The notes below the pieces were generated by a model, which was not told the DNA's origin, made no database searches, and saw only the letters and a program-made list of their open reading frames with translations. Of a stretch of 64,000 nucleotides of DNA, positions 27,682 through 39,710 are shown in pieces. This stretch comes from Mobula hypostoma (lineage: Eukaryota): NCBI RefSeq assembly GCF_963921235.1, contig NC_086101.1:7442001-7506000 (forward strand), given 5' to 3'. Position numbers and translations under genes: made by a program. Position 1 is the first letter of the stretch. Each line of letters starts with the position of its first letter.

Positions 27682-29550
27682 GCCTCACTATAGGAAGGAT
27701 GTGGAAGCATTGGAAAGGGTACAGAGGAGATTTACCAGGATGCTGCCTGGTTTAGAGAGGAGATCATAAGGGAGCTAGGGCTTTACTCTTTGGAGAGAAG
27801 GAGGATGAGCGGAGACATGATAGAGATGTACAAGATATTAAGAGGAATAGATAGAGTGGATAGCCAGTGCCTTTTCCCCAGGGCACCACTGCTCAATACA
27901 AGAGGACATGGCTTTAAGGTGGGAAGTTCAAGGGGGGATATTAGTGGAAGGTTTTTTACTCAGAGTGGTTGGTGTGTGGAATGCATGGCCTGAGTCAGTG
28001 GTGGAGGCAGATACACTAGTGAAGTTTAAGAGGCTACTGGACAGGTATATGGAGGAATTTAAGGTGGGGGATTATATGGGAGGCAGGGTTTGAGGGTCGG
28101 CACAGCATTGTGGGCTGAAGGGCCTGTACTGTGCTGTGATCTATGTAAAAGTTTCTTGCCCCAGACAGTTAATCTGATCGACCATTCTATTTACTCATTA
28201 ACTCTAACCATTACTCCCATCACTGCGTTGTAGTGTAAACACTTTTTAAACACTTTTTGTAATGCTGCTTACATTGTAAATGCATGCTGGTAATTATGTA
28301 TTTATCCACATTTTATACTACATCTGTACTTCTAACTTTATATTTATATAATTCTTGAATGTCATGTCAACAGACCCCAGAAAATTCCTAAAACATGTAA
28401 TTATATATGGCTTAAGATTTCCAGGATCTGCAGAATCTCTTGTGTTTATTCAAATGTTTACACACTCTTGTCAGAAGTCCTGTCAGGGTGTTTGGTGATT
28501 CTAAATTTGAGAATGATAAGAGTTTTGGAAATATAGTGAATGACATGAAGATAGAGGAGATGGCATTGGAATTGGTTTTTGATTGTCACATGTACCAAGA
28601 TACAGTGAGAAGCTTGTCTTGCAAATTGTTCATACAGTTTGCAATCCCTACACTGTGCACTGAGCTAGAAAAAGGCGGAATAATAACAGATTCCAGAATA
28701 AAGTGCAAGTAGACAAAACGGTGAAAGATCATACCGAGGCAGATATGATGAGGTAGGTAACTCGCTGAGTTGAGGTTGAGTCCAAAACACGGTGCTAGGG
28801 AACTATTTAGTAGTAGGGTGCCACAGTAGCACAGGAGGGAGCGTGGCAATATTACAGCCTGGGACTTCCCAGATTTCGGAGCTCAGTTCCAGCGTTGTCG
28901 GTAAGGAGTTTGTATGTTCTCCCTGTTACCTGAGTGGGTTTTCTCCTGGTGTAATGTTGAGACTTTATAAAGCACTGGAGAGGCCTCACCTGAGTATTGT
29001 GAGCAGGTTTGGGCCCCTTCTCTTAGCAAGGACGTGCTGAAACTGCAGAAAGTTCAAAGAAGGTTCATGAAAATGATTCCAGGATTGAATGGCTTGTTAT
29101 GTGAAGAGCATTTGATGGCTCTAGGCCTGTATTCACTCAAGTTCAGAAGAATGAGAGGTGACCTAATTGAAACCTATCGATTGGTGAAAGGTCTTGATAG
29201 AGTGGACGTGTAGAGTCTCCTAGGGTGGGAGAGTCTACGACCAGAGGACACAGCCTCAGAAAAGAGGGGTGTCCTTTTAGAACGGGGATGAGGAGGAGTT
29301 TCCTTAGCCCGAGAGTGGTGAATCTGTGGAATTCTTTGTACAAGCAGCCGTGGAGGCCAAATCTTTATGTATATTTAAGGCAAAGGGTGATAGATTCCTG
29401 ATTGGTCAGGGCATGAAGGGATATGGGGAGAAGGCAGGAGACTGGTGTTGAGAAGAAAATTGGATCAGCCGTGATGAAATGGCGAAGCAGACTTGACGGG
29501 CCAAATGGCCTAATTCAGCTCCTATCTCTTAATGTCTGATGGTTTTATAG
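27682..29550 (+). mobile_element. Two CR1 3' fragments (about 27682-28146 and 28950-29550) with other TE remnants between them
   Basis: ERRRMSGDMIEMYKIL..TRGHGFK; LRLYKALERPHL; CR1 3'UTR motifs. Confidence 0.8.
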
Positions 29551-29559
29551 AGACAAATC

Positions 29560-29830
29560 TCAAGGTTTCATAATGTTTTTTTTTGTGTGCCATACTCTGC
29601 CAGAGCCTCAGCGACCACTTTACTTCAAGTGGTTGTCTTGGAGGAAAGATACTGTGAGTGCTCCCCCACGTCCTTCTCACAGTGCAGTTTTTTTTTACGG
29701 GGCCGAGTTGCGAGTTCGGCACTCAACCCGACACGGACAGAAAGCGTGCCCGGGAGCGGCCCGGCTGGATTCGAACTCAGGAACCTTCGCTCCGGAGTCT
29801 GGCACTGATGTCACTGCGCCACCAGCTGGT
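29560..29830 (-). mobile_element. tRNA-derived SINE (same family as 2803-3062)
   Basis: On minus: A-box TGGCGCAGTGA, B-box GTTCGAATCC and shared GGCACGCTTTC body. Confidence 0.7.
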
Positions 29831-29950
29831 CTTCATAACGCATACATACTTTGAAATAGGTGGGTGGCTGGGTGGAGTGGTTTGTTGGGCTGGATGGGTT
29901 GTTCCATACTGTATATGGCAATAATAAATAAATAGATATATAGATATATA

Positions 29951-30210
29951 AGGGCACGTGGCCAAGTGTTAAGACATTGGACTAGCGACCTGAAGGTCGT
30001 GAGTTCAAGCTCCAGCCGAGGCAACATGTTGTGTCCTTGAGCAAGGCACTTAATCACACAATGCTCTGCGACGACACTGGTGCCAAGCTGTATGGGTCCC
30101 AATGTCCTTCCCTTGGACAACCTTGCCCAGGCCTGCGCCCAGGAGAGTGAAGACTTTCCAGGCACAGATCCATGGTCTCGCAAGACTAATGGATGCCTTT
30201 ACTTTACTTT
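29951..30210 (+). mobile_element. tRNA-derived CORE-like SINE
   Basis: A-box TGGCCAAGTG, B-box GTTCAAG, CORE-like GTGTCCTTGAGCAAGGCACTTAA and a (CTTTA)n tail. Confidence 0.65.
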
Positions 30211-31024
30211 AGATGTATAAGGAAAGAAAAGAAGTATTATTGCACTGGGATGGAGGCTACCCTTGAGCCTGGAGGTGCAAGTTTCCAGATTTTTGTATCT
30301 CTTGCCCTATGAGCAAGGGGAGAAGGGAAATATCCAACGTGGGTGGGGTCTTTGACCCTGCTGGCTACTTTAGTGAGGCGGTGGGAAGTGTAGACAGAGT
30401 CCACAGAGGGGAGTGAGATCACAGCTCAGCCGTGGTATTACTAAACAGTGGAAAAGACTCCAGAGACTGATTATCCTGATACTTTGCCTTTGCTTGCGTG
30501 TTTCCATGGTTTCTTTCGTTACCATGGTGATTATAATGGAAAGAGGCCACTTGGCCCAAGAGATTCATGCTGGCTCACAGTGGAGCAGTCCTATTGGACC
30601 CCAACCCACTACCCCCCCCCACCACTTTATTCCCCAGATTACTCCTTCAAATATGCACATCAGTTCCTTTTTGACTCAGATTTGTTCATCACCTGAACGT
30701 GGAAACACACAGCAACATGCTTCATTTGTGTTAACAACCATCGCACCCAGGAAGGTGCTGGAGGCAGCTCGCAAGTCTCACCACTGACTCCAGTACCACC
30801 ATAACGCACCCGAATGTTCAGAAGAGCAGCAACGTCACACACAATGCAGAACACCACGTGTAGCAACAACACCAGAGCAAAACAACAACAGCACTCCCAA
30901 AACCCTCACATACAAAGGCCTCCAGCCCCAGCATAGGCCATCCCTGACTGCAGTGCTTGGCCCCTGACTGTCAGACTTACCGACAACTGTATTCTGTTCT
31001 ATCTATCTATCAGGATTCTATCTA

Positions 31025-31830
31025 TCAGGAATGATATAAATAAGGTTGAAAGAGTGCAGAGAAGGTTTACAAGGATGTTGCCCGGACTTGAGAAACTGAG
31101 TTACGGAGAAAGGTTGAATAGGTTAGGACTTTATTCCCTGGAGCGTGGAAGAATGAGGGGTGATTTGATAGAGGTATATAAAATTATGATGGGTATAGAT
31201 AGAGTGAATGCAAGCAGGGTTTTTCCACTGAGGCTCGGGGAGAAAAAAAAGAGGACATGGGTTAAGGGTGAGGGGGGAAAAGTTTAAAGGGAACATTGTG
31301 GGGGGGCTTCTTCACACAGAGAGCGGTGGGAGTGTGGAACGAGCTGCCAGATGAAGTGGTAAATGCGAGCTCACTTTTAACATTTAAGAAAAACTTGGAC
31401 AGGTACATGGATGGGAGGTGTATGGAGGGATATGGTCCAGGTGCAGGTCAGTGGGACTAGGCAGAAAATGGTTTGGCACAGCCAAGAAGGGCCAAAAGGC
31501 TTGTTTCTGTGCTGTAATGTTTCGATGGTTTCTGTTGCATTGACCTACACTAATGGGGAGCTTCCAATAACCTATCAACATGTATTTGGGATGAGAGAGG
31601 AGAGTGGTGCATCAGTGGAATTTGTTACCACGGGCTGCTGTGGAGGTCAGGTCACTGGGTATATTTAAGACAGACATTGATAGATTCTTGATTATCCAGG
31701 GCATGAAGGGATACAGGATGAAGGCAGGAGATTGGGGTTGAGAAGAAAATTGGATGATCCAGGGTGAAATGGCGGAGCAGACTCGATGGGCCAGGTGGTC
31801 TAATTCTGCTCCTGTGTCTTACAGTGTGAC
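31025..31830 (+). mobile_element. CR1 3' fragments
   Basis: QRRFTRMLPGLEKLSYGERLNRLGLYSLERGRMRGDLIEVYK; two CR1 3'UTRs. Confidence 0.82.
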
Positions 31831-31889
31831 GGTCTAACTAAATACACCTTCCCAAGATCAAGATGCACAAGCAGGAAGAAGCCGAGAAA

Positions 31890-32115
31890 AGAAGAAAGGT
31901 GTCCAGAGATGTCTGAGCCACTTCCTGCAGTTCCTGAGCCAGTCCTACAGCCACCACGGAGGAGGTCCCAGAGCCTGAGACTGTTTCAGAACCACCAGTC
32001 TCACTTGCTAAGGAGAGAGACCCCCTTGTCGGGAAAGACATTATTGCACAAGAGTAAGAAAGCCTCCACAGTGATTGAATCTTTAAGCCTGAATGGCACA
32101 AGTTAAAATTTACTA
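31890..32115 (+). mobile_element. Remnant of a Ty3/Gypsy pol C-terminal tail
   Basis: Frameshifted Pro/Glu-rich stretch ending ERHYCTRVRKPPQ*LNL* (32033-32086), resembling the RxYPxRxRxPPxRL end of Gypsy integrases. Confidence 0.5.
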
Positions 32116-32117
32116 TG

Positions 32118-32143
32118 GTGTGTGTGTGTGTGTGTGTGTGTGT
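32118..32143. repeat. (GT)n microsatellite
   Basis: Direct inspection. Confidence 0.9.
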
Positions 32144-32159
32144 GATGAGAGATGAGAGT

Positions 32160-32630
32160 AAACATAGAACATAGAAATCTACAGCACATTACAGGCCTTT
32201 CGGCCCAGAATGTTGTGCCAACCATGTAACCTACTCTAGAAATTGCCTAGAATTTCCCTTCCGCACAGCCCTCTAATTTTCTAAGCTCCATGTGCGTATC
32301 TAAGAGTTTCTTAAAAGACCCTATTGTATCTGCCTCTACCACCTTCACTGGCAGTGCATTCCACACACCCACCACTCTCTGTGTGAAAAACCTACCTCTG
32401 ACATCCCCTCTGTCCCTGTTTCCAACCACCTTAAAACTATGCACCCTCATGTCGGCCATTTCAGCCCCGGGAAAAAGCCTCTGACTATCCACACGATCAA
32501 TGCCTCTCATCATCTTATACACCTCTATCAGGACACCTCTCATCCTCTGTTGCTCCAAACAGAAAAGGCCAAGTTCACTCAACCTTTTCTCATAAGGCAG
32601 GCTCCCCAATCCAGGCAACGTCCTTGTAAA
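32160..32630 (-). mobile_element. CR1 3' fragment, target of the full-length CR1; continues at 37069-37190
   Basis: ORF 32247-32618; the sequence ccttgtaaa...taaatgtcctctgcac is continuous across the insertion. Confidence 0.85.
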
Positions 32631-33075
32631 AAGGAAAGTTGCTACAAATGGCTTTCTTTTGGATCGGGACTACAGAGCGCCGTGGGAGCTGAATTCTGAA
32701 GGAAGGCAGTTTTTTTAAAAACTTCTTTGAGTGCAAGAAGGACGAGACTGCGCAGGTGCGTGACGTCAACAGGACAGCGCGGAGAGTTTAAATAGGAAAC
32801 CACCCTATACAGCGGGCAGCAGAGTGAGTGGTAGCAGAGTGTAGGGCTTTGCCTTCAACGGGCTTTGGTGGTAAATGGGAAGAGGCGAGAGCGAAGCGCC
32901 AACTCTTTTTCTTCCTCCCCCCACCCCCTTTCGCGAATCGGCCCGGACAGACAGGAACAGCAGGGCTCTCACAGCTAACGGTATGAGCTAAAGGTTTAAA
33001 AGGTTCGTCTGTTTGGCGAGGTAAGTAGGTGAGTAGACTTATTTTTCCTGTTTCATTCCTGTAGAATTAGATAGC

Positions 33076-34000
33076 ATGCCTGCAGGGTTAGTGCTTTGTT
33101 CAGAGTGTCAGATGTGGGAATCCTGGAAGATCTCCAGCCTCCCTGATGGCCACATCTGCGCCAGGTGCACCGAGATGCAGCTCCTCAGAGACCGTGTTAG
33201 GGATCTGGAGCTGCAGCTTGATGACCTACTGCTTATCAGGGAAAGTGAAGAGGTGATAGACAGGAGCTACAGGGAGGTAGTCATCCCTAGGTACAGGGGT
33301 CAGAAAACTGGGTCACTGTCAAGAGAGGGAAGGGAAATGCCTGGATAGTGGAGACCACCCCTGTGGCTGTGCCCCTCAGCAACAAATATCTTGTTCTGGA
33401 TGCTGTTGAGGGGGATGACCCGACAGGAGACGCCCACGGTGACTGGGTCTCTGGCACTGAGCCTGGCGCTGTTGTGCAGGAGAGAAGGAGGGAGAAGAGA
33501 AATACGGTAGTCGTAGGGGATTCCATAGTCAGGGGAATGGACAGGAGATTCTGTGAGCCTGATAGATATACCCACATGGTGTGTTGCCTCCCAGGTGCCA
33601 GGGTACGGGATATCTCGGATCGGGTCCTGAATATTCTAAAGGGGGAGGGTGAGCAGCCAGTTGTCTTGGTGCATTTTGGTACCAATGACATAGATAGGAC
33701 AAAGGAGGAGGTTCTGAAGAGAGATTTCTGGGAGTTAGGAAGGAAGCTGAGAAGCAGGACCTCCAGGGTAGTAATCTTGGGATTGCTACCTGTGCCACGT
33801 GCTAGCGAGGGCAAGAATAGTAGGATCAGGCAGGTGAATGCGTGGCTGAGAGACTGGTGCAGGGGGCAGGGCTTCAGATTCTTGGATAATTGGGATCTCT
33901 TCTGGGCATGTTCAAAAAGGAAAGATTACACCTGAACCCGAAGGGGACCAATATCCTTGCGGGAAAGTTTAATAGAGCTGTTAGGGAGGATTTCAACTAA
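33076..34000 (+). pseudogene. CR1 ORF1: zinc finger/leucine zipper plus SGNH esterase-like domain (frameshifted)
   Basis: CSEC...CARC..LRDRVRDLELQL (33076-33348); VVVGDSIVR, CLPGA, HFGTND (33348-33935); LHLN in a shifted frame. Confidence 0.88.
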
Positions 34001-34068
34001 TTTGGCAGGGGGATGGGAACCGGAATGACAGAGCGGAGGAAGGGGAAAACAGAAACAAATCTAAGATA

Positions 34069-36931
34069 GTGAGCAGTAAAGATGTCAGGAAAGACAGGCA
34101 GGTGATGGGGCAAATTTGTAGCCACTGGGATGAGTTGCAGTGCAATAAAGCTGCAGTGAAATCAAAGCGAAAAGTACCAAATACTGGTCTTAAGGTGTTA
34201 TACTTAAATGCACGCAGCATAAGGAATAAGGTGGATGATCTTGTTGTACAGTTACAGATTGGCAGGTATGATATTGTGGCCATCACTGAGACCTGGCTAA
34301 AGGATGCATGTCTCTGGGAGCTGAACATCCAAGGATACACGGTGTATTGGAAGGATAAGAAGGTAGGCAGATGGGGAGGCATGGCTTTATTGGTAAGAAA
34401 TGATATTAAATCATTAGAAAGAGGTGATATAGGATCGGAAGGTGCAGAATCTTTATGGGTTGAGCTAAGAAATCGCAGGGGTAAAAGGACCCTGATGGCA
34501 GTTACTTATAGGCCTCCAAACAGCTGCAGGGATGTGGACTACAAATTAAAACAGGAAATAGAAAAGGCTTGTCAAAAGGGCAGTGTTATGATAATTGTGG
34601 GGGATTTTAACATGCGAGTGGATTGGGAAAATCAGGTCGGCACTGGATCTCAAGAGAGAGAATTTGTAGAATGTCTGCGAGATGGCTTTTTAGAACAGCT
34701 TGTTGTTGAGCCCACTAGGGGATCGGCTGTACTGGATTGGGTATTGTGTAATGAACCGGAGGTGATTAGAGAGATGGAGGTGAAGGAACCCTTAGGAGGC
34801 AGTGATCATAACATAATTGAATTCACTGTGAAATTAGAAAAAGAGAAGCCGAAATCTGATGTGTTGGTATTTCAGCGGAGTAAAGGAAATTACAGTGGCA
34901 TGAGAGAGGAACTGGCCAAAGTTGACTGGAAAGGGACACTGGCAGGAAAGACGGCAGAGCAGCAGAGGCTGGAGCTTATGCGAGAAGTGAGGAAGGTGCA
35001 AGACAGGTATATTCCAAAAATGAAGAAATTTTTGAATGGATGCAACCATGGTTGACAAGAGAAGTCAAAGCCAAAGTTAAGGAGAGGGCATACAAGGAAG
35101 CAAAAACTAATGGGCAGACAGAGGATTGGGAAGTTTTTAAAACCTTACAAAAGGAAACTAAGAAGGTCATTAAAAGGGAAAAGATTAACCATGAAAGGAA
35201 GCTAGCAAATAATATCAAAGAGGATACTAAAAGCTTTTTCAAGTATATAAAGGGTAAAAGACAGGTGAGAGTAGATATAGGGCCAATAGAAAATGATGCT
35301 GGAGAAATTGTAATGGGAGATAAGGAGATGGCGGAGGAACTGAACAAGTATTTTGCATCAGTCTTCACTGAGGAAGACATCAGCAGTATACCGGACCTTC
35401 AAGGGTGGCAGGGAAGAGAAGTGTGCACAGTCAAATTACAACAGAGAAAGTACTCAGGAAGCTGAATAGTCTAAAGGTAGATAAATCTCCCGGACCAGAT
35501 GGAATGCACCCTCGTGTTCTGAAGGAAGTAGCTGTGGAGATTGCAGAGACATTAGCGATGATCTTTCAAAAGTTGACAGATTCTGGCATGGTTCCGGAGG
35601 ACTGGAAGATTGCAAATGTCACTCCGCTATTTAAGAAGGGGGCAAGGAAGCAAAAAGGAAATTATAGACCTGTTAGCTTGACATCGGTGGTTGGGAAGTT
35701 GTTGGAGTCGATTGTCAAGGATGAGGTTACAGAGTTCCTGGAGGCATATGACAAGACAGGCAGAACTCAGCATGAATTCCTTAAAGGAAAATCCTGCCTG
35801 ACAAACCTATTACAATTTTTTGAGGAAACTACCAGTAGGCTAGACAAGGGAGATGCAGTGGATGTTGTATATTTGGATTTTCAGAAGGCCTTTGACAAGG
35901 TGCCACACATGAGGCTACTTAACAAGATAAGAGCCCATGGAATTATGGGAAAGTTACATACGTGGATAGAGCGTTGGCTGATTGGCAGGAAACAGAGAGT
36001 GGGAATAAAGGGATCCTATTCTGGTTGGCTGCCGGTTACCAGTGGTGTTCCACAGGGATCAGTGTTGGGGCTGCTTCTTTTTACATTGTACATCAACGAT
36101 TTGGAATATGGAATAGATGGCTTTGCGGCTAAGTTTGCTGACGATACGAAGAAAGGTGGAGGGGCCGGTAGTGCTGAGGAAACGGAGAGTCTGCAGAGAG
36201 ACTTGGATAGATTGGAAGAATGGGCAAAGAAGTGGCAAATGAAATACAATTTTGGAAAGTGTATGGTTATGCACTTTGGCAGAAGAAATAAACGGGCAGA
36301 CTATTATTTAAATGGGGAAAGAATTCAAAGTTCTGAGATGCAACGGGACTCGGGAGTCCTCGTACAGGATACCCTTAAGGTTAACCTCCAGGTTGAGTCG
36401 GTGGTGAAGAAGGCGAATGCAATGTTGGCATTCATTTCTAGAGGAATAGAGTATAGGAGCAGGGATGTGATGTTGAGGCTCTATAAGGCGCTGGTGAGAC
36501 CTCACTTGGAGTACTGTGGGCAGTTTTGGTCTCCTTATTTAAGAAAGGATGTGCTGACATTGGAGAGGGTACAGAGAAGATTCACTAGAATGATTCTGGG
36601 AATGAGAGGGTTAACATATGAGGAACGTTTGTCCGCTCTTGAACTATATTCCCTGGAGTTTAGAAGAATGAGGGGAGACCTCATAGAAACATTTCGAATG
36701 TTGAAAGGCATGGACAGAGTGGACGTGGCAAAGTTGTTTCCCATGATGGGGGAGTCTAGTACGAGAGGGCATGACTTAAGGATTGAAGGGCGCCCATTCA
36801 GAACAAAAATGCGAAGAAATTTTTTTAGTCAGAGGGTGGTGAATCTATGGAATTTGTTGCCACGGGCGGCAGTGGAGGCCAAGTCATTGGGTGTATTTAA
36901 GGCAGAGATTGATAGGTATCTGAGTAGCTAG
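34069..36931 (+). pseudogene. CR1 ORF2: APE endonuclease plus reverse transcriptase (two frameshifts)
   Basis: YLNARSIRNK, AITETWL, YRPPN, GDFN, SDHN (34069-35055); linker (35040-35465); 508-aa RT frame with YLDFQKAFDKVPH, GVPQGSVLG, FADDTK (35405-36931). Confidence 0.95.
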
Positions 36932-37409
36932 GGCATCAAAGGTTTATGGTGAGAAGGTGGGGGAGTGGGACTAAATGGAAAAATGGATCAGCTCATGATA
37001 AAATGGCAGAGCAGACTCGATGGGCCGAATGGCCGACTTCTGCTCCTTTGTCTTATGGGCTTATGTTCTAAATGTCCTCTGCACTATCTCTATAGTATCC
37101 ACATCCTTACTATAGTGAGGTGACTAGAACTGAACACAGTACTCCACGGGGTCTTATATTGCGATAACATTACCTCACGGCTCTTGAACCTTAGAAATGA
37201 TCGGCAAGATACTGAATGCAAATAGAATGGGCCACAGTGGTTTAAGGTGCTGGTTCACAGCCCTGTTCTCATCAGCACCTAGGCTGGGCAGAAAATGCTG
37301 GCGTTCCAGGCTATGCCCAAACTCCCCCATTAAAAAAATCAACAAAGCATTAATTGTGAAACAGTGTTAAAAATAAGCAAGGTCTATGACTAAATTGCAG
37401 ATGCATAAT

Positions 37410-37497
37410 GACATCGTAGCAACGGCACAGGCCTGCCACATTGCCATAGCAACGGAGAGGATCTACTGTGAGGTCATCGGCTTGGTAACGGCGTCAG
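37410..37497. promoter_or_regulatory. Cluster of RFX X-box-like motifs
   Basis: TAGCAAC (37417-37423), ATTGCCATAGCAAC (37440-37453; 13/14 to GTTGCCATAGCAAC) and CTTGGTAAC (37481-37489), each followed by GG, in non-repeat sequence. Confidence 0.5.
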
Positions 37498-37520
37498 TGC
37501 CTCCTGAAGTTGGCTTCCAG

Positions 37521-37653
37521 CCCTCTCCCTTCCCCTCCTACCTGCCAATCTCTGCGCCAACGTCAATGGGAGAAACCGGGTGGGCTGCACGCTGCTTTTA
37601 GCACGTTGAGGGGATACGTGTGAGCCAGCATGCCTTTCTACCTCTCCCTGCGG
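37521..37653 (+). pseudogene. Cytochrome P450 family 2 pseudogene, penultimate exon (exon 8 equivalent) remnant
   Basis: Reads LPLLPANLCA / RQWEKPGG / F*HVEGIRVSQHAFLPLPA G|gtaagt, against the CYP2 pattern IPLLTSVL..QWEKP..FLD.EG.FVK..AFLPFSAG; two frameshifts, one stop, phase-1 donor at 37654. The 5' boundary is approximate. Confidence 0.75.
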
Positions 37654-39119
37654 GTAAGTAGGCCCTCGCCTCTGTCCAGATCCCAGGTGAGGCAGGCAAT
37701 ACACCCGAAAAGGTGGTTCCGCCCATCAGACAAGCCGGCAAAAGGCAAGAATCCTTTTCAAGAAAATGACCACCAGCCACCTGACTGTTAGTCAGCCCAA
37801 GGATCTTCCCTCCCTTAACACACACAAAAGGGTGTCGCTTTAGGACAGAGATGAGGAGGAATTTCTTTACACAGAGGATGGTGAATCTGCGGAGCTCTTT
37901 GCCACAGGCAGCTGTGGAGGCCAAGTCATTGGGGAACATTTAAAACAGAGGTTGATCGGTTCTTGATTAGTCAGGGCATCAAAGGTTACAGGGAGAAGGG
38001 AGGAGAATGGGGTTGAGAGAAAAAATAAATCAGCCACGATGGAATGATGGGCCAAATGGCCAAAAGTTGGAAGAACACAAGAGCCAGGCAGCCTGTATGG
38101 AGAGGAATAGACAGTCGTTTTTTTTTTAACGCTGAAATCCTTCGTCAGGACTGGAAAGGAAAGGGAACAGAAGCCAGAATAAGAAGGTTGAGAAGGGGGA
38201 GGGGGACAGAACGTGTACAAAAGGAGCACAAGATGGACCCCAGGACCGATGAGAGCCCCTGAGATCATTTAGTTACAGCAACACACACAAAATGCTGGCG
38301 GAACTCATCAGGTCAGGCCGCATCCATGGAGAGGAACGAACCGTCGAGGCTTTGAGCTAAAACCCTTCGTCACGGGAGGAAAGGAAAGGGGGAGAAGCCA
38401 GAAGGAGAAATTGAGCTGAGGGGAAGAATACAAACTGGCAGGTGATAGGTGAAGCCAGGTGGAGGGGAAAGGGGGGATGAAGTAAGAAACTGGGGGGGGG
38501 GGAGAGGTGAAAAACCTCAAGGGCTGAAGAGGAAAGAATCAGATACGACAGCACAGTCAACGGGGGGGGCATTGATGAGATCGCTCTGTTGGAGGGGCGA
38601 CGATGAGGACGGCTTGCATATGGCACAGGAATGGTATTCCATTGTCAGAGAGGCATTACTGGGAAGGGAAGGATTTATTACTAGGTGGAGCTCTGCCCAC
38701 TGGGAATACCACACTGCCAGGGGACAGTGAACAACTGGAGAGGTCATCACAGAGTGAGAGGTGCAGAGTCAGAGTGGACACCACCCAGAGGCAGGCAAGT
38801 CCTGCTGATGAGCTGGTATCTGACTGCCTCGCCGATCTCTGGGGCAGCTGGGAAATGGGAGTTCGGATTCAAATTGATTTACCGCGCGCACATCGAAATG
38901 CGACATTTTTGCGTTAACAACCAACAAGGCCCAAGGATGGGCTGGGGACGGCCCATACATGTCGCCACACATTCCAGGCCAACAATGTTCAGCAGGACAA
39001 CACAACAGGCAAGAGCAACAACAGGAAATAATGAGCTCCTTTCCCATCCCTACCACCCAGCCACTCACATACACAGACAGGCTTCCAACCTATGGACAGG
39101 CCGGCTACTTGCCTCCTGT

Positions 39120-39710
39120 CCATAAGACTATAAGACCATAAGATATAGCAGCAGAATCAAGCTGTTTGTCCCAGTGACCCTGATCTGCCATTTCATCTGC
39201 TGGTCCATTTCCCTCTCAGCCCCAGTCTCCTGCCGTCTCCCTGTATCCCTTCATGTCTTGGCCAATCAAGAGTCTGTCAACCTCTGCCTTAAATATACCC
39301 AATGACTTCATCTCCACAGCCAGCTGCAGCAACAAATTCCACAGATTCACCACTCTCCAGCTAAAGAGATTCTCGTCTTCTTGTCTCCATCCTAAATGGA
39401 TGTGCCCTTTGGTCCTAGACTCTCCCACCACAGGAAGCATCCTCTCCACATCCACTCTATCAAGGGCTTTCAACATTCGATAGGTTTCAATGAGATTCCA
39501 CCCTCATTCCTCTGAATTCCAGTGAATACAGGCCCAGAGCCTTCAAATTCTCCTTGTATGATATCACTTCAATCCCGACATCATATTCGTGAACCTCCTT
39601 TGAGTCCTTTCTTTGATAAAGGGACCCAAAACTGCTCTCTGTATGCCAAGTGAGGCCTCATCAGTGCCTTATAAAGTCGCAAGGTTACATCCTTACTTTT
39701 ATATTCTAGT
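39120..39710 (-). mobile_element. CR1 3' fragment
   Basis: LEYKSKDVTLRLYKALMRPHL; ESRTKGH; TCTTATGG tail at about 39120-39142. Confidence 0.82.

Larger units (their letters stand above)
32631..37068 (+). mobile_element. Full-length CR1 LINE (5'UTR, ORF1, ORF2, tail), inactivated by a few frameshifts
   Basis: TAAA at 32627-32630 and 37069-37072 (probable TSD); CpG-rich 5'UTR; ORF1 and ORF2 as listed below; TCTTATGG-type tail. Confidence 0.95.

Noticed and set aside
33021..33064. Intron from GTAAGT (33021) to the acceptor at 33064
   Set aside because: At 44 nt it is below the usual vertebrate minimum; only the upstream donor or a distal acceptor would be plausible.
35405..36931. 508-aa reverse transcriptase as a retron, group II intron or host gene
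   Set aside because: It is part of a CR1 LINE with APE endonuclease, esterase ORF1, tail and TSD, and many decayed relatives are in the window.
37481..37550. MHC class II-like X-X2-Y module (X-box, CGTCA, CCAAT)
   Set aside because: Spacing and CCAAT orientation do not match the conserved module, and there is no MHC-like coding sequence nearby.
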